From Candidatus Gottesmanbacteria bacterium UBA6580 (GTDB taxonomy: Bacteria > Patescibacteriota > Microgenomatia > UBA10105 > UBA927), in contig DJJA01000006.1 of assembly GCA_002433895.1 (NCBI GenBank), positions 40,630 to 104,629 of the forward strand: 64,000 nucleotides of DNA, in the 5' to 3' direction. Below are positions 25,490-35,576 of this stretch, piece by piece. A program made the translations under genes and the position numbers. The first letter of the stretch is position 1; each line of letters opens with the position of its first letter. The notes below the pieces were generated by a model. The model was not told the origin of the DNA. It saw nothing but the letters and a program-made list of their open reading frames with translations, and did no database searches.

Positions 25490-26032
25490 TTAAAAAACCG
25501 GAAAAAACGATATACCCATCAGTACTGTCGTATCTTCTTTAAGCGAAAAGGACAATAGTTGCGGCGTGCGGAGTTTCCGTTCATCGACGAGACGTACCAA
25601 GTTGAGTACGATGGCGACCGACTCATCAATTGAACCCAAGAATAATGTTGTCGTTACTTTTCCGGTTTCATCCACCGTGAGCGAGTTGTATTGTTCTTCC
25701 GCGGCGATCTCCTGGAGCACAGTAAACATTTTTCCCCATGGCTTTGCCACTTCCAGTGCTTTTCCTGCTACCGAGGTCCGTTCTTTCAGGGATAATAAAA
25801 TACCTTCCTTGGCACTCTGCAAGTTTATCTGTTGCGTTAAATTGGCTTTTGTCACCTCAAGTGACCGGACACGAAAATTTATATACAGATAGATCGTGCC
25901 AATCGCAATACCGGTAACAAATACGCCTCCCAATAGCCAAACCGCGGCAAGCCGCAGTTTTTCTTCGAGTACTGAAAATTTACGGGAACTACTTACATCT
26001 TTCCGGATAAGGTTTATATCTGAATTACTCAT
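25490..26032 (-). CDS. pilN: Type IV pilus assembly protein PilN-like
   Basis: 'INLIRKD' motif followed by a TM segment, adjacent to pilM. Confidence 0.6.
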   Translation of the reverse strand: MSNSDINLIRKDVSSSRKFSVLEEKLRLAAVWLLGGVFVTGIAIGTIYLYINFRVRSLEVTKANLTQQINLQSAKEGILLSLKERTSVAGKALEVAKPWGKMFTVLQEIAAEEQYNSLTVDETGKVTTTLFLGSIDESVAIVLNLVRLVDERKLRTPQLLSFSLKEDTTVLMGISFFPVF

Positions 26033-26038
26033 GCGCGT

Positions 26039-27064
26039 TCACTCCCGAAGTGCAAGCCCGACTGAAACTGTGAACGTTGCACCTTCTTTGTCTAACACGG
26101 CAAATCTCGGGTCCCGCTTAATACCGACCCAGGGGTTGGCGAGCTGTGCTTCTATACCGACATTTTGCGCGATATAGACAACCATACCAGGCAACTTGGC
26201 GGTACCCCCGGCCAGCAGGGTAACTTCAACCCGCTCATCTTTGTGTTTCTCGCCATAATAGGCGAGTGCCCGTTTCATTTCTCCAATAATGGTATCCATA
26301 ATCGGTTTGACCGCGGCGACAATTTTTCCCTGGAGTTTATCCTGCTCTAACCCATATGTGCGTTTAAACTCTTCTGCCTGATTGGTGTTAAAATCCAATC
26401 CCGACACAAGCGCGCGGGACAGTGCTTCACCACCTGCTGCAATAGACCGGGTAAATGCCAACACGCCGCCGCGTAATATGGCAAGATCGGTTGTCTGTGC
26501 GCCGAGTGACACAAGGAGCGCCGCGTTTTTAATAGACGCTACCGAACGCGACAATGCCCTTGCGGTCGCGATAATCTCTGTTTCAGCGGCAAGCGGAATA
26601 AGCTCAGCAGCTTCAAGGATTGAAAGATATTTTTCCAATAAGTTTTTTGGGCACGCGACGAGCAGTACGTCCATCTTGTCCGTACCCGTTTCCTTGGCGT
26701 CCCGGAGTATCGAATAATCTAAATTTACCTGATCAAGCGGTAGGGGAATGTATTGCTCGGCTTCCCATCCGATGGCGCTCGCAAGTTCACGCTGCGATAA
26801 TGCGGGTACTTCGATCACGCGGGTGAATACTTGCGACTCAGGTAACGCAAATGATACTGACGTTGATTTAGCACCAGTTTCCTTGATAAGCTGCCGGATT
26901 GCCATGGCGACCGCCTGATGGTCAGCTTCAAGCGATGACTGCAGTGCCTTGGGGGGCGTCGGGATGCTTCCTGCGGCAAGCAAATGACGTTCGGCACCAG
27001 AAGAGCCTATCTCAACGAGCTTTATACTGTGTGATCCGATATCGAGACCTAAAATGGATTTCAT
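26039..27064 (-). CDS. pilM: Type IV pilus assembly ATPase-like protein PilM (actin-like)
   Basis: 'MKSILGLDIGSHSIKLVEIG' and an actin/FtsA-like fold pattern. Confidence 0.85.
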   Translation of the reverse strand: MKSILGLDIGSHSIKLVEIGSSGAERHLLAAGSIPTPPKALQSSLEADHQAVAMAIRQLIKETGAKSTSVSFALPESQVFTRVIEVPALSQRELASAIGWEAEQYIPLPLDQVNLDYSILRDAKETGTDKMDVLLVACPKNLLEKYLSILEAAELIPLAAETEIIATARALSRSVASIKNAALLVSLGAQTTDLAILRGGVLAFTRSIAAGGEALSRALVSGLDFNTNQAEEFKRTYGLEQDKLQGKIVAAVKPIMDTIIGEMKRALAYYGEKHKDERVEVTLLAGGTAKLPGMVVYIAQNVGIEAQLANPWVGIKRDPRFAVLDKEGATFTVSVGLALRE

Positions 27065-27092
27065 AGGGCAGTACGAACGCCTTTATCGCGTT

Positions 27093-27929
27093 TTAGTGAC
27101 TAAGTGTTGACTGGCTGAACAACACCGAATCGAAAACCGAAAGGGGTGCGCGGTATTGCTGATATACGACCACTTTTCGGCTAACGCCGGTGCCTGTTGT
27201 TCCTACTGATTCAATCACATTCCCCTGTTGGGGAATTGGTGAAGTTGCGTTAAGAGCGATGGTTGCATCGGCATATATCGGGCGAATACGGAGGGCAAGC
27301 AGTGTGTCCGTTCCAGCAGGACTTATGCCCAATGCCGTAAAGTCTAACTGCTTCTCATAAAACCCAAGACCGCAACCATTAAGCGTAATGCCTGACGAAT
27401 CAAAATTGTTGTTCCGTGTTACCCCGTCAGGATCGACGGCCATTCGGGCAGCGTGATACGCATTAAGATTGTCCTTGTATAGGACGGTCACCTCAAGCGC
27501 CGCGGCTGCCTCGGGGGCAACTTCCTGGCTCCAGCAGAGCGAAAGTGAGGAGTCGCTAAAAAATCTGGTTTCATCGAGCGCTCCTGTGATTGCATCATGC
27601 TCTGCGAGCCAAATTGTTTCGGTTACATTCTGCGGTGTTTTATGCGCGAGCTGATATACACCTGCCTGTCCACCGATAGAATTTACCGAGACCTCATAAG
27701 ACACGCCAGAAGTGAGGGTAGTCGGCCCTGCGGTACCAAAACCCGACTGTAATGCTTGTTCGATACCCGCTTCAGCGGCGTTAAACGCCCGAGTGGATTC
27801 CTCAAGCTGATTGCTCATCGATAAATCAATCGTTGCCCGGCCGATGAGGGAGAGGGCAATGGTGGTCGCAACCGTCAATACGAGAAGAGTGATGAGCAAT
27901 ATTTGACCCTGCTCAAATGAATTCTTCAT
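27093..27929 (-). CDS. PilX-like minor pilin / pseudopilin
   Basis: 'MKNSFEQGQILLITLLVLTVATTIAL' PilX_N-like N-terminus. The ORF-track start at 27965 is further upstream. Confidence 0.55.
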   Translation of the reverse strand: MKNSFEQGQILLITLLVLTVATTIALSLIGRATIDLSMSNQLEESTRAFNAAEAGIEQALQSGFGTAGPTTLTSGVSYEVSVNSIGGQAGVYQLAHKTPQNVTETIWLAEHDAITGALDETRFFSDSSLSLCWSQEVAPEAAAALEVTVLYKDNLNAYHAARMAVDPDGVTRNNNFDSSGITLNGCGLGFYEKQLDFTALGISPAGTDTLLALRIRPIYADATIALNATSPIPQQGNVIESVGTTGTGVSRKVVVYQQYRAPLSVFDSVLFSQSTLSH

Positions 27930-27988
27930 AGCATAATTTCTCCTCATACAACTATTGTTATACATTTCTAACTACTTCGCAAGAAGAT

Positions 27989-28561
27989 TTATTCTTTGAA
28001 AATATTTCTCATGTTTGCGCTCGTCTGAAACGATTCGCTGGACTGCTCAAATACACCGACTGCGGTGCCTGATTGCGCCAACTGAAACGATATTGTTACG
28101 CTCGACGCAACCCCCGCACCTCCTTTACACAAAAACTCTATCGAACTACCCGCACACGTCGTGCCTCCGGCAGTGACATTGCTGGATGTGAGGTACTCAG
28201 TACCTTCAGCGCTTGTCGATGCCAGACGTGTTATGGATCCATCTACGATGCATCCTAACGTCGTTTCCTTACCATCCGGGTTAAGGAGGGTAATAGACTG
28301 GCTGCTCGTGCCCACGCTATCACAGGTGCTGGTGATGTCCTGCGCGTTCTGGATCATACGCACCATATTTTCTAGCGCCAGCTCACCGTTTTGCTTCATG
28401 TCCTTAAGAATTTCTGTTTTAGTATTCGTACGCAGTGTTGAAATAAATACCTGGCTCAACACCGTTGCCATGAGGGCGACAATCGCGATGGAAACGACCA
28501 TCTCGAGTAGCGTAAAACCGGCTTGCTGACCTATTATTTTATCGGTTTGTTTCATTTCCAT
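27989..28561 (-). CDS. Type IV pilin-like protein (prepilin-type N-terminal cleavage/methylation motif)
   Basis: 'QAGFTLLEMVVSIAIVALMA'. Confidence 0.8.
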   Translation of the reverse strand: MEMKQTDKIIGQQAGFTLLEMVVSIAIVALMATVLSQVFISTLRTNTKTEILKDMKQNGELALENMVRMIQNAQDITSTCDSVGTSSQSITLLNPDGKETTLGCIVDGSITRLASTSAEGTEYLTSSNVTAGGTTCAGSSIEFLCKGGAGVASSVTISFQLAQSGTAVGVFEQSSESFQTSANMRNIFKE

Positions 28562-29001
28562 TGGGTAAAATAAGTAGTGAGTTCTATGGTCGACGGAACC
28601 CCACGGTCACCCCACGAAACGCGCACCGTTACTATCATAGTCTCGTCGGTGCCGTCCCAAGAAAAATGCACACTCCGCCAAAATTCATCACCACTTGCTA
28701 TCGGGCATGTCCCGTTACCATCATCATCCGTCCATACTCCGTTTGCGTCCAGGCACCACCTGCCATCGCCTCCAGTGTACGCAAAAAATGTGCTCCAGGA
28801 CTGCTCGTCACGGATTTTACGGGTAAGCTCCACCCCTTCCTGGGCGAATTTAACCGCCCTACTTCGGTAGCGGGTTACCTGACTATACCGAAGTGACGCA
28901 GTTACCGCCGACACAAGGGCAGTGATCACTACCGCTACCACGCCCAACGCAATCACCAGCTCTAATAATGTTTGACCTGACGCAAAATTCTGCCGTTTCA
29001 T
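28552..29001 (-). CDS. Type IV pilin-like protein
   Basis: 'SGQTLLELVIALGVVAVVITAL'. Confidence 0.75.
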   Translation of the reverse strand: MKRQNFASGQTLLELVIALGVVAVVITALVSAVTASLRYSQVTRYRSRAVKFAQEGVELTRKIRDEQSWSTFFAYTGGDGRWCLDANGVWTDDDGNGTCPIASGDEFWRSVHFSWDGTDETMIVTVRVSWGDRGVPSTIELTTYFTQWK

Positions 29002-29006
29002 ATAGC

Positions 29007-29579
29007 TTATTGAAACCCAACATCACGGATATTCCCGCTGGGCGAAATAGTTAGTGCGTAATTCTGATCCTGATTTGTGAGCGTAATCGTCACATCCGTG
29101 GCAATACTCGCGGTGTTTGTGCGGGTAAGAAAGGTGAAATCAGCAGGCACGGACAAAAAAGTAATACCGGAAGGAAGAGTGGTACTTTCCGCATTCCCCA
29201 CAAGACCCTCAGGATCACATTCGTGCTGCGCGCTGTACGAAGTTTGAGTAAAACTTATCCGCATGCCCACATAGGTCGTGCAACCGGATGCCGGCTTCTG
29301 TGCTGATATCGCTTTTGTTTGGCTAAAGCGCAAATTTGACCGGAGAGTAAGACCCGATTGCTTCAGGCGCTCCCTCCGGTTAAAGGAATTAAAGCTCGCC
29401 ATACCCAACCCCATGATGGTGACCAATATGAGGATGACGATGAGGAGTTCTATGAGGGTAAACCCTGTACCAACGGGATAACAACTGGGACAATGAAAAA
29501 TATCGCTCTTGCCTATAAGAGTTGTCCGCGATCTATTGATCGGAGTATTGCGGTGCGGGGTAAATCCTTTCTTCATCAT
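29007..29579 (-). CDS. Type IV pilin-like protein with an unusually long (~45 aa) leader before G/FTLIELL
   Basis: '...VGTGFTLIELLIVILILV'. The ORF-track upstream extension to 29810 was rejected, and Met78 was chosen as the start. Confidence 0.6.
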   Translation of the reverse strand: MMKKGFTPHRNTPINRSRTTLIGKSDIFHCPSCYPVGTGFTLIELLIVILILVTIMGLGMASFNSFNRRERLKQSGLTLRSNLRFSQTKAISAQKPASGCTTYVGMRISFTQTSYSAQHECDPEGLVGNAESTTLPSGITFLSVPADFTFLTRTNTASIATDVTITLTNQDQNYALTISPSGNIRDVGFQ

Positions 29580-30037
29580 GGATTTTTCAGTCCGTATGTA
29601 TGGGTTGGTGCGGGAGTACAGGTGTCGGTCGGATCTTCGCCTTCCAACCCGCCACTGAGACAATAGCCGTAATACACTCCGCCCGACACATTTGTTGCCT
29701 GATACATATAGTTTTGACCGGGTGCAGTGGGGTCTGTGGGGATAATCGGCAAGTAGGTGGGGACAAGTGCCGTGGTCAAACCGAGGGTTGGATCCGATGC
29801 GATGACCCATGTCGCTCCGCTTGCCGTGGGATAATATCCATTATCAGCACGGTACATTTCGAGTGCCGAACGGATCTGTTCAAGATCACTTTTTCTTCTG
29901 GTATCGCGCGACTGCCGGTTGATAGTCGCATAGGAAGCAATGCCAATCGCCACGAGAATGGCAATAATCGATACGGTAATCAATAGTTCAACGAGTGAAA
30001 ACCCCCGTGTGTTCCGTGATGATAAAAACCGTTTCAT
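29576..30037 (-). CDS. pilA: Type IV major pilin (PilA-like)
   Basis: 'MKRFLSSRNTRGFSLVELLITVSIIAILVAIGIASY'. Confidence 0.8.
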   Translation of the reverse strand: MKRFLSSRNTRGFSLVELLITVSIIAILVAIGIASYATINRQSRDTRRKSDLEQIRSALEMYRADNGYYPTASGATWVIASDPTLGLTTALVPTYLPIIPTDPTAPGQNYMYQATNVSGGVYYGYCLSGGLEGEDPTDTCTPAPTHTYGLKNP

Positions 30038-30786
30038 ACAAACAACCCCAGCCACCACTGCCATAACTTGTCACCCCACACATACGCACTCAATGTCCCC
30101 AAAATAAGGAACGGTCCGAAGGCGATGCGCGATTTCATCTTGGCATGCTTGGTTATCATCAGTATGACACCCGCAATTGCGCCGGTCAAGAAAGCGATAT
30201 AGAGGGCAAATACCGTTTCAGGATATCCTAAAAACAATCCGATAAGCACAACCAGCTTCACATCTCCAAAGCCCAGACCCCGGCCACGGGTGACAAGCCA
30301 TAACAGAAAAAAAAACGCGCCTGCTCCCAGACCCGAAATAATATGCGGAATACGTTCAGCGGCAGAAAGGGGAACTCCGACAAGCAGAAGCACGGATAGC
30401 AGAAGCAAAAGCGTGCTATCCGGGATAATCTGATGTTTCAGATCAATAACAAAAATAACAAGAAACAGTGAATAAATAGCGATAGCAGCCAAAAACATCG
30501 GGCTCAGAACGTCAACATGAAGGCTCAACAATACAAATCCAACTCCTGTTACTATCTCCATAACCGGATATTGCCACGATAACCGCGCGCTGCACCTGCG
30601 GCAAACGCCTCCTTGAAAGAGAAATGACAATACCGGAACAAGTTCAAACCACCGTAAATGTTTTTTACAAAAATCGCAATGCGACGGTTTCCAAATAATA
30701 TTATCCCCGTGGGGCAAACGGTCAATCACGACATTGAGAAACGAACCTATCACTAATCCGAACAAAAAAATTAATCCGGCTATCAT
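30034..30786 (-). CDS. pilD: Prepilin peptidase (A24 family)
   Basis: N-terminal 'CDFCKKHL' / 'CRRCSARL' zinc motifs and a polytopic membrane domain. Confidence 0.85.
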   Translation of the reverse strand: MIAGLIFLFGLVIGSFLNVVIDRLPHGDNIIWKPSHCDFCKKHLRWFELVPVLSFLFQGGVCRRCSARLSWQYPVMEIVTGVGFVLLSLHVDVLSPMFLAAIAIYSLFLVIFVIDLKHQIIPDSTLLLLLSVLLLVGVPLSAAERIPHIISGLGAGAFFFLLWLVTRGRGLGFGDVKLVVLIGLFLGYPETVFALYIAFLTGAIAGVILMITKHAKMKSRIAFGPFLILGTLSAYVWGDKLWQWWLGLFV

Positions 30787-30871
30787 ATACTTTAGTATCG
30801 GTTACGCGCGCGAAACTTTCAATATGGCGTTGCGGGAACGAAGGAAAACCCGTAGACTACAGTATTAACAT

Positions 30872-33124
30872 ATGCGCAGTGTTTGGGCTGATCGTATAGG
30901 CATACTATCGCTTTTTCTTCTTGTTGGCGTTTTTTTTGCGCGCTTATTTTACCCCTCACCGCAGCTTATCGTTACCCCTGATTACGGCAGGAGCGACGCA
31001 TGGCATTTCAGTTTTGTCACCAAATACACACTTTCCCAAGCGCTTCAATCCCGCTCATTACCACTGTGGAGAAATGACATTGGCCAGGGGTTTCCGCTGC
31101 TGGCCGAAGGACAAACCGGGACGTTTTTTCTCCCGAACCTCGTGCTCTTTGGATTACTTCCTCCGGTCACTGCATACAACCTGGCGCTCGCGGTTGCAGT
31201 CCTCACGCTCGGACTCGGTCTCTATTGGTGGTGCCGAGTAGTACGGCTTTCTCCGCTTGCCGGATGGCTTACTGCCGTAACCGTGATGTTTTCTGGTCTT
31301 ACCATAACACAGCTGCCACACATCACCTTACTTCAGGCAATGAGCATGCTCCCGATTACCGCTGCGCTCAGCGCATTGGTCGTCACCCGCAAACCGTTTC
31401 CGTGGGTGGGACTTCTCGCGGTATCGTTGGCGCAGCAAATATATGCAGGATTTCCCCAGGCAGTATTTTTGACACTCGTTATTTCAGGAGTAAGTGTTTT
31501 GTGGCACACACTACCCAAAAAAGACTGGCGCGCGCTGAGTTATTGGTTTGTTGCCATTATGTTGGGTATTGGTGGGGGAGCAATGCAACTATTACCCTCG
31601 TGGGAATTTCTTAAAGAAAGTCCGAACCCTTCAGGGTTCAGTCCAGAAGCGGCAACAATGTATTCTATGCCGCTCAAGCATATTGTTTCATTTATTTCAC
31701 CATTTTTCTTTGGGAACCCGGCAGTCGGATCATATCCGCCTTTTTACGCTTTTGACGGAAGCATATTTTGGGAAAACACCGCATACATCGGTCTTATCCC
31801 ATTATTCCTCCTTGGATTAAGTCTTTTCCGTGTCCGCGCTAGCACATCTATTGTGTTCTGGTGGCTCATTATTATCGTGTCACTTATGCTGGCAGGCGGC
31901 AAATACGCGCCGACCTATATCGTTTTTAGCATCTGGCCGCTCAATCTATTCCGTGTACCATCGCGGTTTCTCTGGCTCGTCATCATCGGCGTATCATTTA
32001 TCGCCGCGCATACGCTTGATCATTTCCGTCGCCATACCCGTACACCGCTTTCTCATATATTTATCTATATGCTTATGGCACTTCATAGCGGCCAACTCAT
32101 GTATACATGGTGGTCATACCATCTCATAGAACCTGCGGCCACTTGGATGACTGCGCCCGATATTACAAACCATGTAGGATCCGGCAGAGTACTAACGATA
32201 GGCGAAGGAAGCATATACAATGATGTCGTCACGACCACAGGATGGAGCAAGCCCGAAGCTTTCTCGTTATTAAAAAGCGGATTATCCCCCAACAGCAATA
32301 TGCTCTGGGGAGTAAACCAATATCACGTATATGCCGGCCGCTACCTCCATAGGCCGGCAATCGGCAGCGGCCTCCTTGATGAAACGCTCACGACAGATGA
32401 AAAACACGCCACATTGTCAGCACTCCGCCTGGCCAATATGTACGGGATCGGCAATATTATTTCGTTTCTTCCGCTCACCGCGCCTTCAACACTGCGCGAG
32501 GTGTATCACCGGCAATCTCCAGAGCTCGCGATCACGCTTTACGCAAACGAAGAAGCCCATCCGCGGGCATATACGGTGCACAGCGCAACCGCCGCCGCAA
32601 CACTTACGGAAGCCATTACGATACTCCGTGATCCGGAATTTGTGGCAGGCAAATCAGTTATGCTTGAACGGCATGAAGTGCAAGCAGACAATACATTACT
32701 GCCCTTTATTGGAAAAAGCCCAGACGTCTTATCTGGTACACAAGCTGATCATATAGCCTGGCAGAAAGATACGCATCAGCGCATAGACCTTTCTGTTACC
32801 ATGGCTACTCCCGGACTTCTGGTACTTGCCGATACACATTATCCTGGATGGATTGCGACAGTCGATGGTAAAGAAACGCCCATATTTGCCGCAAACCTGT
32901 CACAACGGGCGATCACCGTGCCGCAAGGCACCCATGACGTTTCATTTATCTATCAGCCGACAACCCTCCGGTGGGGAAGTGTCATAAGTGTTGTGAGTGC
33001 AATCATCACAGTGCTTCTAATGATTGTTCTGAAGCGGAGCGGAGCCGTTCGTACTCCGAAAAAAGCTCGGCAGCGCGCGCCTCGTCTCCCACGCACTCAC
33101 CGTACGTCACCGACTCGAGCATGA
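30872..33124 (+). CDS. YfhO-family polytopic membrane protein (GT-C-type glycosyltransferase candidate)
   Basis: The N-terminal pattern 'SDAWHFSFV...LPLWRNDIGQGFPLLAEGQTG..FLPNLVLFGLLP' parallels the YfhO N-terminus. The protein is 750 aa with 12 or more predicted TM helices. Confidence 0.6.
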   Translation: MRSVWADRIGILSLFLLVGVFFARLFYPSPQLIVTPDYGRSDAWHFSFVTKYTLSQALQSRSLPLWRNDIGQGFPLLAEGQTGTFFLPNLVLFGLLPPVTAYNLALAVAVLTLGLGLYWWCRVVRLSPLAGWLTAVTVMFSGLTITQLPHITLLQAMSMLPITAALSALVVTRKPFPWVGLLAVSLAQQIYAGFPQAVFLTLVISGVSVLWHTLPKKDWRALSYWFVAIMLGIGGGAMQLLPSWEFLKESPNPSGFSPEAATMYSMPLKHIVSFISPFFFGNPAVGSYPPFYAFDGSIFWENTAYIGLIPLFLLGLSLFRVRASTSIVFWWLIIIVSLMLAGGKYAPTYIVFSIWPLNLFRVPSRFLWLVIIGVSFIAAHTLDHFRRHTRTPLSHIFIYMLMALHSGQLMYTWWSYHLIEPAATWMTAPDITNHVGSGRVLTIGEGSIYNDVVTTTGWSKPEAFSLLKSGLSPNSNMLWGVNQYHVYAGRYLHRPAIGSGLLDETLTTDEKHATLSALRLANMYGIGNIISFLPLTAPSTLREVYHRQSPELAITLYANEEAHPRAYTVHSATAAATLTEAITILRDPEFVAGKSVMLERHEVQADNTLLPFIGKSPDVLSGTQADHIAWQKDTHQRIDLSVTMATPGLLVLADTHYPGWIATVDGKETPIFAANLSQRAITVPQGTHDVSFIYQPTTLRWGSVISVVSAIITVLLMIVLKRSGAVRTPKKARQRAPRLPRTHRTSPTRA

Positions 33125-35015
33125 CATGGCGGGGAGATGCCACAATAGAGCGGGTTTTTGCTTCATCAAACGCACGAAGCGCCGCGTCACAATCCTTAAA
33201 GTATAAATAGGTAAGTCCTACTAATTCTAATGCCTCACCGATGCTGGTATCGCCCGCGTACGATACTGCGCGAAGAAATTCAGACTTCGCATCTTCCCAC
33301 CGCTCGGCCCGCACCAGTGTTTTGCCCAACGCTATTGCCGCATGCCCATACACGTCCGACACATCAGATAGCATAAGATGCTCATATCGTTTTAATATCC
33401 CCGAACGCGGATCGTGAAGTGAGGCAAGATGAGCTTTGGCCTCCTGATACATCACCTCATCATCTGGCAGCTCGGCAAATGGAATTGCCTCGTACAGCAT
33501 CCCACGGGGCACCCAATACCACCCCTCACCTGCCGGCAGTATCACGTTGCTATAAATCCGCTGCGATGGCGTCCTGTTTGCTTTGATAAACGCCTCAACA
33601 TAGGTTGCGGGTGTTGCGTCCGGAAATGTGAGACGCGGAAAATATTTGATGAGCGAGGCCTGGTATCCGGTAATTGGTAAACGTGCCGCATGAATGACCG
33701 CGGTATCAGGGCGCACCCCCAATACGTAGCGTACGTATTGTGTGGTAAAAAGTGCGGTATCCTGGCTCATCAGCAATATGGCACCCGGCGCCGTGTTTTC
33801 CAAAATATCCCTGCCTAAATTATCTGCCGTCCGATCTTGTGGTAATCCAACAAACCGCCACAGGGTAATACCGGATAGTGTGAGCGGATAAATAAAGAAT
33901 GTTAACACCGTTAATACAATCACTGCTTTGTGTTTTTCGCGCGTTATCCGTGGCGCAAGGACCATAGAAATCAACCGGAGTATCTCGGCAAGTCCTATAC
34001 CGGAAAGTACCCCCATAAGCACATAGCTCGGCAGCAAAAACCGTTCATACGTGCCTAACGTAAAACGGCTTGCGAGCGGAAAACTCGCATAAAAGAAAAA
34101 CAACGGACCCACCGACAACAGCGCGATCACCCACGACCAGAACCAAACGCGCTGTGTTTTATACAGCGCCCACAAGCCTGTTGTGACCAATACAACACCA
34201 ATCCAACTCCAATCGGTTAAAAGAAAATTACCATATGCAACCACCGCATACCACCGCTCCAAAAGAGATTCTCCATAGCCGCCACCGGACACAAACGTGC
34301 CATAATCCGCGCGGGTCACAAGACGCACAAAACCCGATAGATCAACTGCCCTGTCCCAGTTAATAATCGCGTCCCGTACGGCTGCCACCGGTACATACGC
34401 GTAGGGCAATAACCCTCCGATAAACGATAACAACGATAACGTAAATCTCTGCTTCGTCAGTTTCATTTTAAACGTGCGTCCGTTCTGCCAGATAAAATAA
34501 AAAAATGCAGGCACAAAGAAAATCATCACGTGATGGTGGGTGAGCGACAGGCCAAACACGAAACAGGCGTAATAAAAAAACCGCATATTCCTGGTTTCCT
34601 GCCATTGGTACAGTAAAAACCAGTTCGCCATAATAAACAGGTCAAACAACGCGAATACTTCTGGGGTCGTGCTATATAAAAAGAAAAGATAATTCGAAAC
34701 GAGGAGCAATGCACCAAATACTGCTGCCCATGTATTCTTCTTTGTCAGAAGATAAATCAAGGCAAACACGAGTCCCACCACGAGCGCATGGGGAATAGAA
34801 GACAGCAAGCCCAACCGCCATGAAACGGTAAAAAACGGCAACTGTGCACTTATAAATCCCAACAACGTATAAAGGGGATAACCCGGAGGATGCGGCACGC
34901 CGCCAACGTATGCTGCGGTAACGAGATCTCCGCTGTCGCCCGTATAAATACCTTGTGCCTGAAACGTAAGGAACAGAACAAGCGAAACTACGGACATCAC
35001 AAATGAACCGGTCAT
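33006..35015 (-). CDS. DUF2723/TMEM260-family membrane protein (GT-C-like) with C-terminal TPR repeats
   Basis: 'GDSGDLVTAAYVGGVPHPPGYPLYTLLG' is the DUF2723 hallmark, and the C-terminal region is TPR-like. Confidence 0.7.
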   Translation of the reverse strand: MTGSFVMSVVSLVLFLTFQAQGIYTGDSGDLVTAAYVGGVPHPPGYPLYTLLGFISAQLPFFTVSWRLGLLSSIPHALVVGLVFALIYLLTKKNTWAAVFGALLLVSNYLFFLYSTTPEVFALFDLFIMANWFLLYQWQETRNMRFFYYACFVFGLSLTHHHVMIFFVPAFFYFIWQNGRTFKMKLTKQRFTLSLLSFIGGLLPYAYVPVAAVRDAIINWDRAVDLSGFVRLVTRADYGTFVSGGGYGESLLERWYAVVAYGNFLLTDWSWIGVVLVTTGLWALYKTQRVWFWSWVIALLSVGPLFFFYASFPLASRFTLGTYERFLLPSYVLMGVLSGIGLAEILRLISMVLAPRITREKHKAVIVLTVLTFFIYPLTLSGITLWRFVGLPQDRTADNLGRDILENTAPGAILLMSQDTALFTTQYVRYVLGVRPDTAVIHAARLPITGYQASLIKYFPRLTFPDATPATYVEAFIKANRTPSQRIYSNVILPAGEGWYWVPRGMLYEAIPFAELPDDEVMYQEAKAHLASLHDPRSGILKRYEHLMLSDVSDVYGHAAIALGKTLVRAERWEDAKSEFLRAVSYAGDTSIGEALELVGLTYLYFKDCDAALRAFDEAKTRSIVASPRHVMLESVTYGECVGDEARAAELFSEYERLRSASEQSLEAL

Positions 35016-35045
35016 GTGGGCATTATAACAAACCTCGTCGGTTCA

Positions 35046-35576
35046 TTATTGTATACAGAAGGCGCAACTTGATCCTGCGGTGCCAGTTGTCTGTGACTTA
35101 CATGTATTAGTTGCTGGCTCACCGCTGGTTTCATAAATCGTGTTCAAGTCTTCCTGAAATGCCTTTGATTCAGGGATAAAGCAGGCAGAGAGATGCTCGC
35201 CACTCGTTGAGTTAATATAAATTTTCGCTAAGTTACCGCTTCCGGCAAGTTCCTGAAACCGTGCTTTCAACTCTCCCACTGTGACGAGCTCAGTGATGGT
35301 ACTGGTCAAGGTCGGGTATACATTCCCGGCAGTCCCGGAAGTACCCCAGTAAAATTGCCCTTTCGTTGCGTAGTAACGCAAATTTGCGTTATAGAATTCG
35401 GAAACGGTATTTCGCAGTGATGTGTCGCGGCCTTTTTTCAATTGTTCGAAAGGATCGATGGTGGCAAGTAATCCAACTGCGAGTGCTCCTAAAAGAGCGA
35501 TGACGATAAGAAGTTCGATTAAGGTAAAGCCTTTATTTTGGGCAAGATAATTTCTCATATAGTTTAGGTTTATCAT
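35046..35576 (-). CDS. Type IV pilin
   Basis: 'MRNYLAQNKGFTLIELLIVIALLGALAVGLLA'. Confidence 0.8.
   Translation of the reverse strand: MINLNYMRNYLAQNKGFTLIELLIVIALLGALAVGLLATIDPFEQLKKGRDTSLRNTVSEFYNANLRYYATKGQFYWGTSGTAGNVYPTLTSTITELVTVGELKARFQELAGSGNLAKIYINSTSGEHLSACFIPESKAFQEDLNTIYETSGEPATNTCKSQTTGTAGSSCAFCIQ

Noticed and set aside
29580-29810. ORF-track N-terminal extension of the pilin at 29007 (MGHRIGSNPR...)
   Set aside because: It overlaps the upstream pilA-like gene, and the extension has no pilin-like features. Met at 29579 was chosen.
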